Below, piece by piece: positions 20,064 to 29,761 of a stretch of 57,560 nt of DNA. The notes under the pieces were generated by a model that saw only the letters and a program-made list of their open reading frames with translations, was not told the origin of the DNA and did no database searches. Position 1 is the first letter of the stretch; each line of letters opens with the position of its first letter. A program made the position numbers and the translations under genes. This DNA is from a virus (Duplodnaviria; Caudoviricetes), in IMG/VR virus record IMGVR_UViG_3300027763_000005, positions 1 to 57,560 of that record; one strand, written 5' to 3'.

Positions 20064-22465
20064 TGGCCGATGATTGGAATGCCTTCCCTGAAGTTCCTGC
20101 TGAACACAACGATTTTGCTTCATTTCCAGAAGTAAAAGAGGACCGTCGCTCATCGCGCATATCATCGGCGCTGTCCAACATCCCCAGCCTAGCTATCCCG
20201 CAAGGTCCAATCCCACTTGGCGAGGGAGAAAAACACTTTGTTGAGGATCGGGCGCTTCTAGACAAAAGTGCTGGGTACGTTCCAGAAGGTGTTAAGGCGT
20301 TCCTCTATCCTCTTGCTAATACTGCACTTTTTGAGGCTCCGTCGCATGTTGTTGCAGCGGGTACATCCCTCTTGGAGGGCAAACCGTATCTTGAAACGTA
20401 CAGGGCTCAGAAAGAATACGAAAAGGCTTTAGCCCGTCAAAACCAACTCGCGTCAACGGTGGGCACGGCTGGTGGTCTGATAGGTGGGCTGGCTGTCCCG
20501 TTGGGGCCACTTGGGACTCTTGGGAAGACGGCTGAAACTGCCGCAACTGCGAAGTTTGGTGAAACGGCAGGGAAGGCGGCTGGTATTGGCGCATCGGGCC
20601 TGACTTCTGGTGTTCTTAGCGGCGTGTCATCTGGCATTGAAAGCCTCGATCCGATGAAGGCGGTTAAGGACGCTGCTATTGGCACGGGTATCGGCGCTGC
20701 TGCAAGTTTAGTAATCCCTACTTTGGGTCGGTATTTTCGAAACAACCCGTCACCGGTTGACGCTGCGGGCAATCTTACTGCGGAAGCTGAACGGGCAATC
20801 CAATCGGCGTTTAAAGGCAAGATGTCACCGGAGGACATTGACTCGTTTAAGTCAAACCTCGTTGATACATTTAACAAAAAGGGCGTCAGTGAAGCGGCTG
20901 CGCGTGAGGCACTCCTTGCCAAAGAGGGCGTGACCCCAACCAAAAGTCTTGTCACAGGTGAGGCACCACCAGCTTCTGCTGCCAACATTGGCGAGACTGC
21001 GGCCACTAGAGGTCAAGAAACCCTTACTGAGACAGCCGACCGGCTTGCGGGTGCGGCACCGGCATCACCAACGGCTGCTGCTGAGATTCTTCATGCTGCT
21101 GAACGGGCTGAGCGTAAGGCTGCTCAGGCACAATATGGCGTTGCAGAAAAAATACCCGGACAGTTTGCCGCAAATGCTGCTGACGAGTTTTTGCCATCTA
21201 TTGATCGAAAGCTTAGTGCGAAGGGAATTCCAACTTCTTTTGAAAATGCGGGAAGCCTTTTTTCTGAAACCGAGAAAGCTAGAAAGTTTATTGAAAATGG
21301 CGTAGCCGCTGGTAACCTTCCTAATGCTAGTAAGCCATTTGACATGAAAAACCTTGGTTTAGTCAGAGAACAACTGAATATCCATTTAAGCGATGCAGTG
21401 GGCAAAGATGCAAAGGGTGTGCGTCAGGTCATTGATGGGTTTGATGATGCCATCAACAATGCCGTCCAGAAGAACCTATTTACCGGAAACGGAAGAGATG
21501 CCGTAGACCAGCTTCGCAAAGCACGGAGCATGTGGGAGGACTACCGTGGCAAGTTCTATGACAACAAGGGCGCAGGAAAGGCTGGAAACCAATTCGGCCA
21601 GATGATGGCTGAGATGGTTGATCAAAAAGCCCGGTCAATGACAAACAACCTATCTCAGGGGTCAGCCGAGGCCGCAAATGGAATTTTGAATGCCAGCCTT
21701 TTAAACAAGACCACTGGTCTGGATATGTACGAGCGTTTACAGCGCGCACTGTCCAACAACCCACAAGCAATGGACACGGTAAACCAGCAAATTCGCAGCC
21801 GCGTGTTTAACACTAGTGGCGATTTGTCAAAGTTGTCGTTGTCGATTGACAAGTTTCTTTCGGAAAACGGGTCTATCGCAAAGAAGGTGTTTACTGGCAC
21901 GGGTAGCAATCCATCCGTATCAGACCTTCGCCGGTTGTCCGAATCCATCAAGATTATCAATGCCAAGAAGGTTCCTGATCAAGACAAAAGTAGCTTGATC
22001 CTGAAGGCTCTTTGGCGGGCCGGGGCGGCTGGAGCGTCTGCTATTGTTGGATACCATAATGCTTCGGGTGTTGTCGCAGCGGCAACATACCTTGGATCAG
22101 AGGCTCTGAGCGGCACAGCTAATGTTTTAAGAACAGGTTTTGCCAGAAGTTCAGAGCGTTACGGTGCTCCAAAAGTGCGCCCTGAAGCCAAGCCGGGTAT
22201 TTTTGTCAGAAACCCGGAGGCGTGGGAACTGCCCGGAGAAGCCGTCACAGGTGGTCCCGGACAACCTGAGCCGTACTATCAGGCTCCAAAGCCGCTGACA
22301 ATTCGTCCCGGTCGTAAGTCCGGTGGCCGCGTGTCAGATCGGTTGATTGCCGAGGTAAGCCGTGCCAAAAAGAGCATCGACAGTGGGACCGAAAAGCTCC
22401 TGAACGTAGATGACGAACGTATCGCTCGCGCGCTTCAAGTCGCCAACCAAAACCTTGAGGGTTGA
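20063..22465 (+). CDS. Large internal virion/ejection protein
   Basis: MADDWNAFPEV start, Gly/Ala hydrophobic segments, helical body, C-terminal RKSGGR. Confidence 0.6.
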   Translation: MADDWNAFPEVPAEHNDFASFPEVKEDRRSSRISSALSNIPSLAIPQGPIPLGEGEKHFVEDRALLDKSAGYVPEGVKAFLYPLANTALFEAPSHVVAAGTSLLEGKPYLETYRAQKEYEKALARQNQLASTVGTAGGLIGGLAVPLGPLGTLGKTAETAATAKFGETAGKAAGIGASGLTSGVLSGVSSGIESLDPMKAVKDAAIGTGIGAAASLVIPTLGRYFRNNPSPVDAAGNLTAEAERAIQSAFKGKMSPEDIDSFKSNLVDTFNKKGVSEAAAREALLAKEGVTPTKSLVTGEAPPASAANIGETAATRGQETLTETADRLAGAAPASPTAAAEILHAAERAERKAAQAQYGVAEKIPGQFAANAADEFLPSIDRKLSAKGIPTSFENAGSLFSETEKARKFIENGVAAGNLPNASKPFDMKNLGLVREQLNIHLSDAVGKDAKGVRQVIDGFDDAINNAVQKNLFTGNGRDAVDQLRKARSMWEDYRGKFYDNKGAGKAGNQFGQMMAEMVDQKARSMTNNLSQGSAEAANGILNASLLNKTTGLDMYERLQRALSNNPQAMDTVNQQIRSRVFNTSGDLSKLSLSIDKFLSENGSIAKKVFTGTGSNPSVSDLRRLSESIKIINAKKVPDQDKSSLILKALWRAGAAGASAIVGYHNASGVVAAATYLGSEALSGTANVLRTGFARSSERYGAPKVRPEAKPGIFVRNPEAWELPGEAVTGGPGQPEPYYQAPKPLTIRPGRKSGGRVSDRLIAEVSRAKKSIDSGTEKLLNVDDERIARALQVANQNLEG

Positions 22466-22468
22466 TTC

Positions 22469-23680
22469 ATGGCTTCCTCGTATACGCCAAACAAAACCAT
22501 CGAAAAACCCGCCAACGGCGATGCTGTTGATACATGGAGCACCCCTGTCAATTTGGACTGGGACATTATCGATCAAGCGTTCGGCGGGGTCACCCTCCTG
22601 ACCGCAACTTCTGGCTCGGTTACTTTGGCGGCTGCGGATTACAGGTCACTGTCGCTGTCAATTTCTGGCGTTATAACAGGAAATGTTACATATACCCTCC
22701 CAATAATCCCATCTTCTTCTCCACCTAGGATAGTCGGTGGGCAGTGGATCGTCAGCAACACAACAACTGACAGCGGCAGCACTGGCCCGTGGACAGTTAC
22801 GATTGCGTCGGCTGTTGGCGGGACAAGTGTTGTCATTCAGAGAAACAAGCCAACAATCATATCCAGTGACGGAACCAACATCAGGTCCGTGTATGCGGAA
22901 GCCGCTGGCGGTGTCATTACCAGCGTAACTGCCACAGCCCCGATTACGTCCACGGGTGGATTGACACCGAATATTGCTTTGACGACGCCGGTAACTGCCG
23001 CATATGGTGGGACGGGACTCTCTGCGGTTGGCACATCCGGGAACGTACTTACCAGCAACGGTTCGGCGTGGGTCAGTTCGGCTGCCGCATCGTCAGTTTC
23101 TAGCATTCAGGCGTTTACATCCAGTGGCACATTTACTGTCCCGGCTGGCGTTACAAAAGTTAAGGTTACTGTCGTCGGTGGCGGTGCGGGTGGCAGAACA
23201 GCATCCAACAGCACATCTCAAGGTGGCGGTGGCTCTGGTGGCGCAGCCATCAAGGTAATTACGGGTCTTACACCGGGCGGTACGGTTGCTGTCACTGTTG
23301 GAACGGGCGGTGCGGCTAACACGGACGGAGTCACTTCATCTTTCGGCGCTTATTGCTCGGCAACGGGCGGAGTGTCTCCCGGAGTTTTTAGCAACAATCC
23401 CGGACCCGGTGGTGCTGGCGGAACAGCAACAGGAGGTGACATTAATTTCACTGGCGGCGCGGGTGGGGGTGGTAGTGGCGTCAGTGGAACTGTGGCGGGT
23501 AACGGGGGTGGTGGCGGCTGTTCAATATTTGGCGGCGGTGGTCTGGGGGCGGTTGGTACAAATGCTGTTAACACTGCGGGTGCGGGTGCTCCCGGCACAG
23601 GCGCGGGTGGTGGCGGCGGCTGTGGTGGCCCCGGCACTGGCGGCGCTGGCGGGTCCGGTATCGTGATTGTGGAATATTAA
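22469..23680 (+). CDS. Tail fibre/spike with glycine-rich C-terminal domain
   Basis: N-terminal anchor (GD..DTW...N.DWD.IDQA), FTSSGTFTVPAGVTKVKVTVVGGG, and GGAGGSGIVIVEY. Confidence 0.75.
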   Translation: MASSYTPNKTIEKPANGDAVDTWSTPVNLDWDIIDQAFGGVTLLTATSGSVTLAAADYRSLSLSISGVITGNVTYTLPIIPSSSPPRIVGGQWIVSNTTTDSGSTGPWTVTIASAVGGTSVVIQRNKPTIISSDGTNIRSVYAEAAGGVITSVTATAPITSTGGLTPNIALTTPVTAAYGGTGLSAVGTSGNVLTSNGSAWVSSAAASSVSSIQAFTSSGTFTVPAGVTKVKVTVVGGGAGGRTASNSTSQGGGGSGGAAIKVITGLTPGGTVAVTVGTGGAANTDGVTSSFGAYCSATGGVSPGVFSNNPGPGGAGGTATGGDINFTGGAGGGGSGVSGTVAGNGGGGGCSIFGGGGLGAVGTNAVNTAGAGAPGTGAGGGGGCGGPGTGGAGGSGIVIVEY

Positions 23681-23730
23681 TGCAATCGACCTTGAGGAAC
23701 CATTAAACTCCTCAAGGCCGACTAAGTAGG

Positions 23731-23961
23731 CTAGGTGTGTTCTTTGTAACTTGGGTCTGAGATTTTACTGGTGCTGAGGTGTGTGCTTGGCCTGTCGTGG
23801 AACCTCATTCCCAAGGCGGTCAGCCGCTTTCTACAGCCGCCCTTGCCAAGGGATTTCTCCCCCATAGCCTCCATTGCGTCGGACAGTGACCCGTTCCTAC
23901 GGTATACCTTCCTCGCTGCCACGATCTGTTCTGGTGTCCATGCGGGTAAGTTTGATGACAT
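23731..23961 (-). CDS. Small putative HTH protein
   Basis: WTPEQIVAARKVY...G.SL pattern. Confidence 0.45.
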   Translation of the reverse strand: MSSNLPAWTPEQIVAARKVYRRNGSLSDAMEAMGEKSLGKGGCRKRLTALGMRFHDRPSTHLSTSKISDPSYKEHT

Positions 23962-24295
23962 TCTTTTTCCTCTCTGCGTTTTTGCAGTTTTCAATAAACT
24001 TGATGGCCGCTTCAGCCTGACGGGAACACGTTATGCAAGGGTCCTCGCATGACGAGAGCATATCGATGTTGAAGCAGATTATCTTAGCAAGCTCATCAAC
24101 CACGAATCCATCCCCAAAGTGCTGCCACGATGAAAAGAATAATAGCCGCGCCAAGCATCCATGCGGCGACAATCAGGGGAGTAAAAAGCAGAATTTCAAT
24201 CATTGAAAAAGTCCCTCCAAGCCATGCGACAAACGACAACCGCCGCAACCCAAACCATGATTACAAACGGGATAGCAAAAGCCAGATAAAGATAT

Positions 24296-24508
24296 TCAAT
24301 CATCACATTTCTCCATCAGTTGACGCCGCAGTTCATCCCGCTGGTGGCGGACCCTGACCAGTTTGCGCCGGAGATTCTCCGCATAGTCCCTAGAGCTGGT
24401 AAGTTGTTTTTCGATGTACTCGATGTAGCCAGCAGCCCGCTTGGACGCCTCACACCCGTCCTGTTCGGCCAACGCCCTCAACACAACTTTGTGATCAGTT
24501 GGTTTCAT
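24296..24508 (-). CDS. Hypothetical coiled-coil protein
   Basis: Part of the leftward operon, with an overlap to the upstream gene. Confidence 0.55.
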   Translation of the reverse strand: MKPTDHKVVLRALAEQDGCEASKRAAGYIEYIEKQLTSSRDYAENLRRKLVRVRHQRDELRRQLMEKCDD

Positions 24509-24960
24509 GTTTTAACCTCCATAATCGCACTGATTGGGCGATCTGGTTGGTTCTGATACTTGCCCCGGTAGGGTGTCTGCGTCTCGCTCTCAAGGCGCAT
24601 GAAGATGATCTGGGCAATAGGGCATCCGGCGGGAATCTTGATCAAGTCGATGCTGTTGTTGACTAGTTCCAGCGTCAGGTAACCCTTCCAGCCCGGTTCA
24701 ATCACTGTGTTGAACAAAGACAGACCACGACGCGCCCATGTCGATTTGTCATGCACGAATGCAATGATGTCATTTGGCATGTCGAACTGCTCTAACGTGA
24801 CGCCCAGCGCAAAGTTACCGGGCCAAAGAACCGTGGCATCTTTGATCCTGACATCATATCCAGCAGGGCCGACACCATAGCTCATGCCGTGCGCGACTGT
24901 ACGTTCAGTGAATGGCTGTATGGCCCGTAGACCTTCAATCTTCTGTCCGGGAATGATCAT
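24505..24960 (-). CDS. dcd: dCTP deaminase / dUTPase family
   Basis: AGYDVR, DKSTWARRGL, VIEPGWKGYLTLEL, IAQIIF, Y.GKYQNQ. Confidence 0.9.
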   Translation of the reverse strand: MIIPGQKIEGLRAIQPFTERTVAHGMSYGVGPAGYDVRIKDATVLWPGNFALGVTLEQFDMPNDIIAFVHDKSTWARRGLSLFNTVIEPGWKGYLTLELVNNSIDLIKIPAGCPIAQIIFMRLESETQTPYRGKYQNQPDRPISAIMEVKT

Positions 24961-24961
24961 C

Positions 24962-25150
24962 TTATTTCCTGCCGAATGTTACGTTTGTTTCTGCACGGAT
25001 ATCTTGGTTGCGCCATGTCCAGCATTGGCTGTCATCTTGAAAGACGACCCAGCATAAATCGAAATCGACCCCATAATCAATCAGGACATGCGCCATACCT
25101 TTCCCTTTTGGCGTCACGACGGGCAGCGGCGGGTCAAGTCTCAGCATCAT
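24962..25150 (-). CDS. Conserved small phage protein
   Basis: L.PPLPV.TPKG.G.AH.LIDYG...DL.WVVF...CWTW.N. Confidence 0.6.
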   Translation of the reverse strand: MMLRLDPPLPVVTPKGKGMAHVLIDYGVDFDLCWVVFQDDSQCWTWRNQDIRAETNVTFGRK

Positions 25151-25412
25151 CTGTCTTCTCCATAGTATCGTTAAGCGGCCCATCGGTGAACCCGTAAACG
25201 CCGTATCCTTCAACGATAACGATATAAGTGTCCCATCCAATGCGGTTGTCGTAACAGTATGGCTTAATGGTTACTTGATCTTTAGCAATGTCTCGGTCAA
25301 AAAAGCGCAGCCCTTTCTGCAAATCAAGTATTAAATCATCAATGCTCGCCACCTCTCGCACGGTATCCATAGAGTCCTCAAGCCAGTTTCGGTGGTCTCT
25401 AAACAGGGCCAT
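25134..25412 (-). CDS. Hypothetical phage protein
   Basis: FRDHR..LEDSM.T...YDNRIGWDTYIV...GFTDG. Confidence 0.6.
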   Translation of the reverse strand: MALFRDHRNWLEDSMDTVREVASIDDLILDLQKGLRFFDRDIAKDQVTIKPYCYDNRIGWDTYIVIVEGYGVYGFTDGPLNDTMEKTDDAET

Positions 25413-25650
25413 TTTTCCTCTCCCCCTCAAGCGCGGCGCGGGCAATCAGCACAGCCTCTTCGTGACCATCCGCGCAGTAGACTTTACCATGCGGGGCGTG
25501 AGCAATACGGCGCAGAGCCGTTTCCAGCTCTTTGATGCGATATTCCGCTTCTTTGAACTTGTTGTTGTACAGAAGCTTGAAGTGCATCCAGTTTTTGTGT
25601 GACATGTCTTCTGCTACTTGCAGAATATTGAAGGCTTCTTCGTCAGTCAT
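25399..25650 (-). CDS. Hypothetical protein
   Basis: RBS present. C-terminal IARAALEGE cassette. Confidence 0.55.
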   Translation of the reverse strand: MTDEEAFNILQVAEDMSHKNWMHFKLLYNNKFKEAEYRIKELETALRRIAHAPHGKVYCADGHEEAVLIARAALEGERKNGPV

Positions 25651-25969
25651 CGGCCTTCTCCCCTTCAAGCGCGGCGCGGGCAATCTTGCCAAAGTCTCCA
25701 ACGAAAACCGTTTCTCCGGTTAACGCATCTTTTTGAATAATTTCTAACAGCCCCGCCCGCAACCGCTCGATCTCGTCCCGTAGTTTTTCGTTTTCGCAGT
25801 TACGACATTCTTCGTTGGGGAATTTCATGCGCCAACCGCACTTGTCACACAAGTTCGCTGCGCCCTGCTCGATCAGCAACAATCGCTCGATCTCAGGTTT
25901 CAGGCTGTCCTTCCCGTTTTTATAGCCAAACATATAGACCAGCGTCAGATCGTCCTGTTCTTCTTTCAT
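25643..25969 (-). CDS. Hypothetical protein with CxxC...CxxC
   Basis: CDKCGW...CRNC. C-terminal IARAALEGE cassette. Confidence 0.55.
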   Translation of the reverse strand: MKEEQDDLTLVYMFGYKNGKDSLKPEIERLLLIEQGAANLCDKCGWRMKFPNEECRNCENEKLRDEIERLRAGLLEIIQKDALTGETVFVGDFGKIARAALEGEKADD

Positions 25970-26304
25970 AGCCCATCGCCCTTCTCGCAATCGATCTCGA
26001 CCTTAACACAAGCGAGGCGAGAAGACCCGGAGTAGATATCTGCGTCCTTTTTGTGCAAATACACTGTTGTCGCATTGGGGAACACATTGACCCACAGCGT
26101 CCGCTGGATGCGCGGCTTTACTTCAATCAAGTCGCCACAGTTTTCGTCGCATGTGATACGTCCATCGGAAGGCCAAGTGAAAGAACGCCAGCCATCACTA
26201 GTTTTAATTGAACCGTGGACAGAGTGCATCCCGCCACCATCCACCGCGTAGATGCGAACCTCGCGACCGTCGCGTGTGCGGTATTTCTTATTGATATCGA
26301 TCAT
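25966..26304 (-). CDS. Hypothetical phage protein
   Basis: KKYRTRDGREVRIYAVDG...WVNV. Confidence 0.6.
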   Translation of the reverse strand: MIDINKKYRTRDGREVRIYAVDGGGMHSVHGSIKTSDGWRSFTWPSDGRITCDENCGDLIEVKPRIQRTLWVNVFPNATTVYLHKKDADIYSGSSRLACVKVEIDCEKGDGL

Positions 26305-26341
26305 ATCTGATCCTTTCTTGCCATAAATGCTGGGTAATGGG

Positions 26342-26707
26342 TCATATGTCACCCCTAGACTTCTTCTCTTGCCAACGCTTCCGGGCATGTATCCGTTTGC
26401 GAGATAGTTCTTTGTATTCTGAACCTTGGAACAGGTGGTCCAGCAGCTTGACACCGTGATGGACTGTTGTGTGATCCCTGCCCCCAGACCACACCCCAAG
26501 TTGCGGGTAACTGGCATCCATAGACTGCCTTGCTCGCCACCATGCCAAACGCCTAGCTGCTGCTATGGCTCGGCTTCGATCAGGGCTGTCGAACAACTCC
26601 ACTGGAAGGCGGAACTCTTTGCAGACCTGAATTTTTATGTCATTGAAAGTAGATGCTTTTGGCACGGCCCCTAAAAGCCAAATAGTGGATAGGTCGCTTT
26701 CTGACAT
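26342..26707 (-). CDS. Stand-alone DnaA C-terminal (domain IV) HTH protein
   Basis: VCKEF...R.R.IAAARR.AWW.AR...SYPQLG...GGRDHTTVHHG matches the DnaA domain IV signature. Confidence 0.85.
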   Translation of the reverse strand: MSESDLSTIWLLGAVPKASTFNDIKIQVCKEFRLPVELFDSPDRSRAIAAARRLAWWRARQSMDASYPQLGVWSGGRDHTTVHHGVKLLDHLFQGSEYKELSRKRIHARKRWQEKKSRGDI

Positions 26708-26713
26708 TCTGTT

Positions 26714-27193
26714 TTACCATTTAGTGTCTCGGTACGATTTAGCTCTCAATGTTGAGTTTGGAACGTAACAGAGATTGTGATGATGTTGGCAGTATGAGCC
26801 TTTTTCTTTAGTTGCCCCACAGAATAGATACTCGGCTGCACTCCCCTCGTTTATGACGTATCGGCACGACTTACTGGTTAGCCCGTCGTATCCTACATGC
26901 CCTCCCTTGCTTGGGTTCAGACTATCAAAAGCTGCACGGAGCGCAATAGGGTTTTGGTTGAAACGTGAAGTTGTTTTATTTTCACTGTTTTCCTTTGCAA
27001 CAAGCGCCCTGATGGCATCCATGCGAGCATCAAGGATCGGCCCGTTGATGATTTTTTTGGCACGGAGTTTTGATATCCGGCTCATAACAGAGCTTCTGGT
27101 AAATCCAATCTCCGCAGAGATCATAAGGCCGGTGCTGCCCTCACTCCACATTTTTATGATGGTAGCGTCAAAGTCCCTGATATTGATTTTCAT
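26714..27193 (-). CDS. gcrA: GcrA-like cell-cycle regulator
   Basis: N-terminal W.EG.T...I.AEIG.TRSSV.SRI.KL HTH and C-terminal L....CRY......FCG......SYC.HH..LCY. Confidence 0.8.
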   Translation of the reverse strand: MKINIRDFDATIIKMWSEGSTGLMISAEIGFTRSSVMSRISKLRAKKIINGPILDARMDAIRALVAKENSENKTTSRFNQNPIALRAAFDSLNPSKGGHVGYDGLTSKSCRYVINEGSAAEYLFCGATKEKGSYCQHHHNLCYVPNSTLRAKSYRDTKW

Positions 27194-27247
27194 TGGTTTC
27201 TCCTGTCGGGAAGTTGGTGGCGACATGTTAGCCGCCACCATGTTTTT

Positions 27248-27625
27248 CTATTTTGACTCCATGACAATTTTTATGTCAGCCGGTTTTACGTCTATCTTTG
27301 CCGTGCCAATATTCACTACCTTGGACTTGATATCGTCCTCGACCGCGACCCCAATCGACTCTTCAGAAGAAGCAAACTGGGCAGCGAACGCTAGGTAGTT
27401 AATCGCGTCCACATAATTGTCATCGTATGTTCTGGATTCCTGCATACGAGCCAGCTTCAACGCAACCATGATCATGGAAACATCGTAGGCCGAGATTGGC
27501 TTGTTAAGGATAACGCTGGCAAGGATGCTGATCCGGTCAAACATCGAGTCGGCTGGTCCGTACTGCTCCCCGCGCTGCTTCAAGACTGCGTCGGCGGATG
27601 CCAAAACGTCCTTGTGATTCGTCAC
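27248..27625 (-). CDS. DUF6378-like protein
   Basis: RGEQYG....F.RI...DV.M.M..LKLAR......DNYVD.INY.AF. GTG start after GGAGG. Confidence 0.75.
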   Translation of the reverse strand: MTNHKDVLASADAVLKQRGEQYGPADSMFDRISILASVILNKPISAYDVSMIMVALKLARMQESRTYDDNYVDAINYLAFAAQFASSEESIGVAVEDDIKSKVVNIGTAKIDVKPADIKIVMESK

Positions 27626-27881
27626 TTCCGTGTTCCTCCATGTCGATAAATTCTTGCACTTTGCCGATGTGATGCGTGTTGATGATAGTTTCGCCACGAT
27701 CTTCCCACCAGCTTTCACCGGTTTCTGTTTTCCGGCGGTAGTGCATTTGGAACAGCAGGAACTCCTCACTGTTCATGGACCGTAGCAGAGCCTCGCATGA
27801 CTCTGAGGGGTGGTCCAGAGTTAACTGATGCACCATAGCGCCGCTCGCGGCTGGCATATTCATCGTTACAAGAAACCTCAT
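27537..27881 (-). CDS. Hypothetical protein
   Basis: Strong RBS, MRFLVTMNMP...IIN..HIGKV. Confidence 0.6.
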   Translation of the reverse strand: MRFLVTMNMPAASGAMVHQLTLDHPSESCEALLRSMNSEEFLLFQMHYRRKTETGESWWEDRGETIINTHHIGKVQEFIDMEEHGSDESQGRFGIRRRSLEAARGAVRTSRLDV

Positions 27882-27893
27882 TTTTCTCCTCTT

Positions 27894-28247
27894 TCAGTTT
27901 TCGTTTCGTCTGACAACTGTGCCGTCCATTTTCCGCTTCCAGAGAGACTTTCTGCTCCCCGGCATCGGTGATTTGGATGGCGTTTTGGCACCAAGGTGTT
28001 TTGCTCTCTGCCGCTTCACCTTGGCGATAAGAGGCATGTCTACCTTAGAAGTGTGTTCACGATGGCAAGTGCGATGAGCGACAAGCCAATTATTGGCGTC
28101 GTCAGAGCCTCCTGCCTCAAGAGGTATTTCATGTGAAACATCCCATTCTTGGCCCGGTATTACTTTTGTTTTACACATATGGCATATGCCATCATGTCTC
28201 AAAAATATATCGACGCGCATTTTAGCGGTGAGGCGTACCCTCTTCAC
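27894..28247 (-). CDS. HNH endonuclease
   Basis: CHMC...WDVSHEIPLEAGGSD..NN...AHRTCH. Confidence 0.8.
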   Translation of the reverse strand: MKRVRLTAKMRVDIFLRHDGICHMCKTKVIPGQEWDVSHEIPLEAGGSDDANNWLVAHRTCHREHTSKVDMPLIAKVKRQRAKHLGAKTPSKSPMPGSRKSLWKRKMDGTVVRRNEN

Positions 28248-28510
28248 TGGACTGGGTAGTCCTCATGCCAACGGCACACCCGACCCTTATCCGCCTTTAT
28301 GATAACATCTATCAGAGAGAGCCCGATGGAGGTTGCTGCTTCAAGAGCGGCTGCTAGGTTCGGTGCGGTTAGGCAAATAAGCTCGACCATAGCTGCTGCC
28401 AAAGCCGTGACAGATTCCTCAGTTAACTCCCCTCCGAGAGTTTCAAGAATCTCGTCCTTAAGCTGGATTTCGTTGTCGCTGAGTGTACGCTCTTCCCTAT
28501 CTTTGCTCAT
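28244..28510 (-). CDS. Hypothetical protein
   Basis: RBS present and operon context fits. Confidence 0.55.
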   Translation of the reverse strand: MSKDREERTLSDNEIQLKDEILETLGGELTEESVTALAAAMVELICLTAPNLAAALEAATSIGLSLIDVIIKADKGRVCRWHEDYPVQ

Positions 28511-28519
28511 TGTGTCCCC

Positions 28520-28849
28520 CTAAAGTTTCATTTCGGCGCGACGGGTAGCTTCCGCAGATTGCCATTCGTGGAATTTCATCCTGATGTATTCAAGCTGGAC
28601 CTTTAGTTTTAGGGCCGCTTCCCTAGCGGCAACCATATCCCTTAAAAATTCACGCCACGACTCAGACGCTTTGGACTTCATCTCTGCCCTACTGACAGGG
28701 ATGTCGCCTTGCTGAATCATCATATTGGCAAGGAGGCTGGATTTTGTCTCCTCAAGGATAGACGCCGCAGATTCTGCGTCTACCCACTTTTTGGCAATTA
28801 TCCGATACTGCTCTGATATAGGAAGGTTCTCATCCATTTTTGTTACCAT
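28520..28849 (-). CDS. Conserved helical phage protein of the recombination cluster
   Basis: W.DAE.AA..LEETK...AEM..KAS..W pattern. Confidence 0.6.
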   Translation of the reverse strand: MVTKMDENLPISEQYRIIAKKWVDAESAASILEETKSSLLANMMIQQGDIPVSRAEMKSKASESWREFLRDMVAAREAALKLKVQLEYIRMKFHEWQSAEATRRAEMKL

Positions 28850-28859
28850 TGTTTCAAGA

Positions 28860-29129
28860 CTAGAAGGGGATGTCCTCGTCCCCTAGATTGGATGCGGTGC
28901 TCTTTTTGTCATCCCATCCGCCGGTAGTGGACTCTGATGCCCTAGGTTCCTTCTTCTTAAAGCTCAGACTTACCCATGTGTCGCTGTTTTTGTCTTTCTT
29001 GGTCCATCCGCTGACCCAGTACTCGACCCCATCGATCAGGGCCTTGCCAGTAAGTTGCGGGTGGTTGTCGGTTGTGCGCTTTTCGTTCTTGAAGATTGCG
29101 CCGCTGAGATCACGCTGTTCGTATGCCAT
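28860..29129 (-). CDS. Single-stranded DNA-binding protein-like
   Basis: G.IFKN......HP..TG...IDG.EYWVSGW, with the acidic tail DEDIPF. Confidence 0.75.
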   Translation of the reverse strand: MAYEQRDLSGAIFKNEKRTTDNHPQLTGKALIDGVEYWVSGWTKKDKNSDTWVSLSFKKKEPRASESTTGGWDDKKSTASNLGDEDIPF

Positions 29130-29761
29130 TAGAAGTCTCTCCCATACTTAGCCTTGAGGCCATCAATCTTAGCGTCAAGCTCTGCCAAAAACTTGGAAAC
29201 TTCAGTCTCCATGTTGGAAATCATAGCCTCGTCACGAAGAACCCGGCAGGAAAAGGTTCGGAATTCTGCCGGTACACGAGGATCATAGCTGACAAAATCG
29301 CACCACTTGCGACCTGTACAGGCCATCTGCCACTGCATTTGCGCCATGTATTTGGGTGGAACCTCGTCACTGGCTAGGGTGTCGAGGTGAGTGGATGTAG
29401 TGGGGCACTTAATCTCTATCAGTCCATCATCCCCGACAAGGCCGTCTGGTGACGCTCCCGACATTGGGATGGTAGGGTGAGGGACGAATCCGGTTTCAAT
29501 GACAAGGCTGCCCGTGTCAGTCTCGTATACCTCTCTGGCATACGGTTCCGTTTCCGTCCCCCACGCCATTGCGGCGTTCTTAAAGAAGTCCCCCTGCCTT
29601 CTTGTCAGACGCTCGCAAAGCAATTCGGCCATGTATTTGGCGCGGTTGGCAGAGTACCCAGATCGGGTCTTGGTGATAACATCAAAAACCCGTGATGCTG
29701 TCACCTTTCCAAGTCTGGCATTGTGCCACTCGTCGGTGTGTTGCTCCATAAACTGGTTCAT
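29129..29761 (-). CDS. YqaJ / lambda-exonuclease family
   Basis: EW..ARLGKVTAS, M.WG...EP.AR, GASPDGL, EIKCP, QMQWQM, DFVSYDPR. Confidence 0.92.
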   Translation of the reverse strand: MNQFMEQHTDEWHNARLGKVTASRVFDVITKTRSGYSANRAKYMAELLCERLTRRQGDFFKNAAMAWGTETEPYAREVYETDTGSLVIETGFVPHPTIPMSGASPDGLVGDDGLIEIKCPTTSTHLDTLASDEVPPKYMAQMQWQMACTGRKWCDFVSYDPRVPAEFRTFSCRVLRDEAMISNMETEVSKFLAELDAKIDGLKAKYGRDF

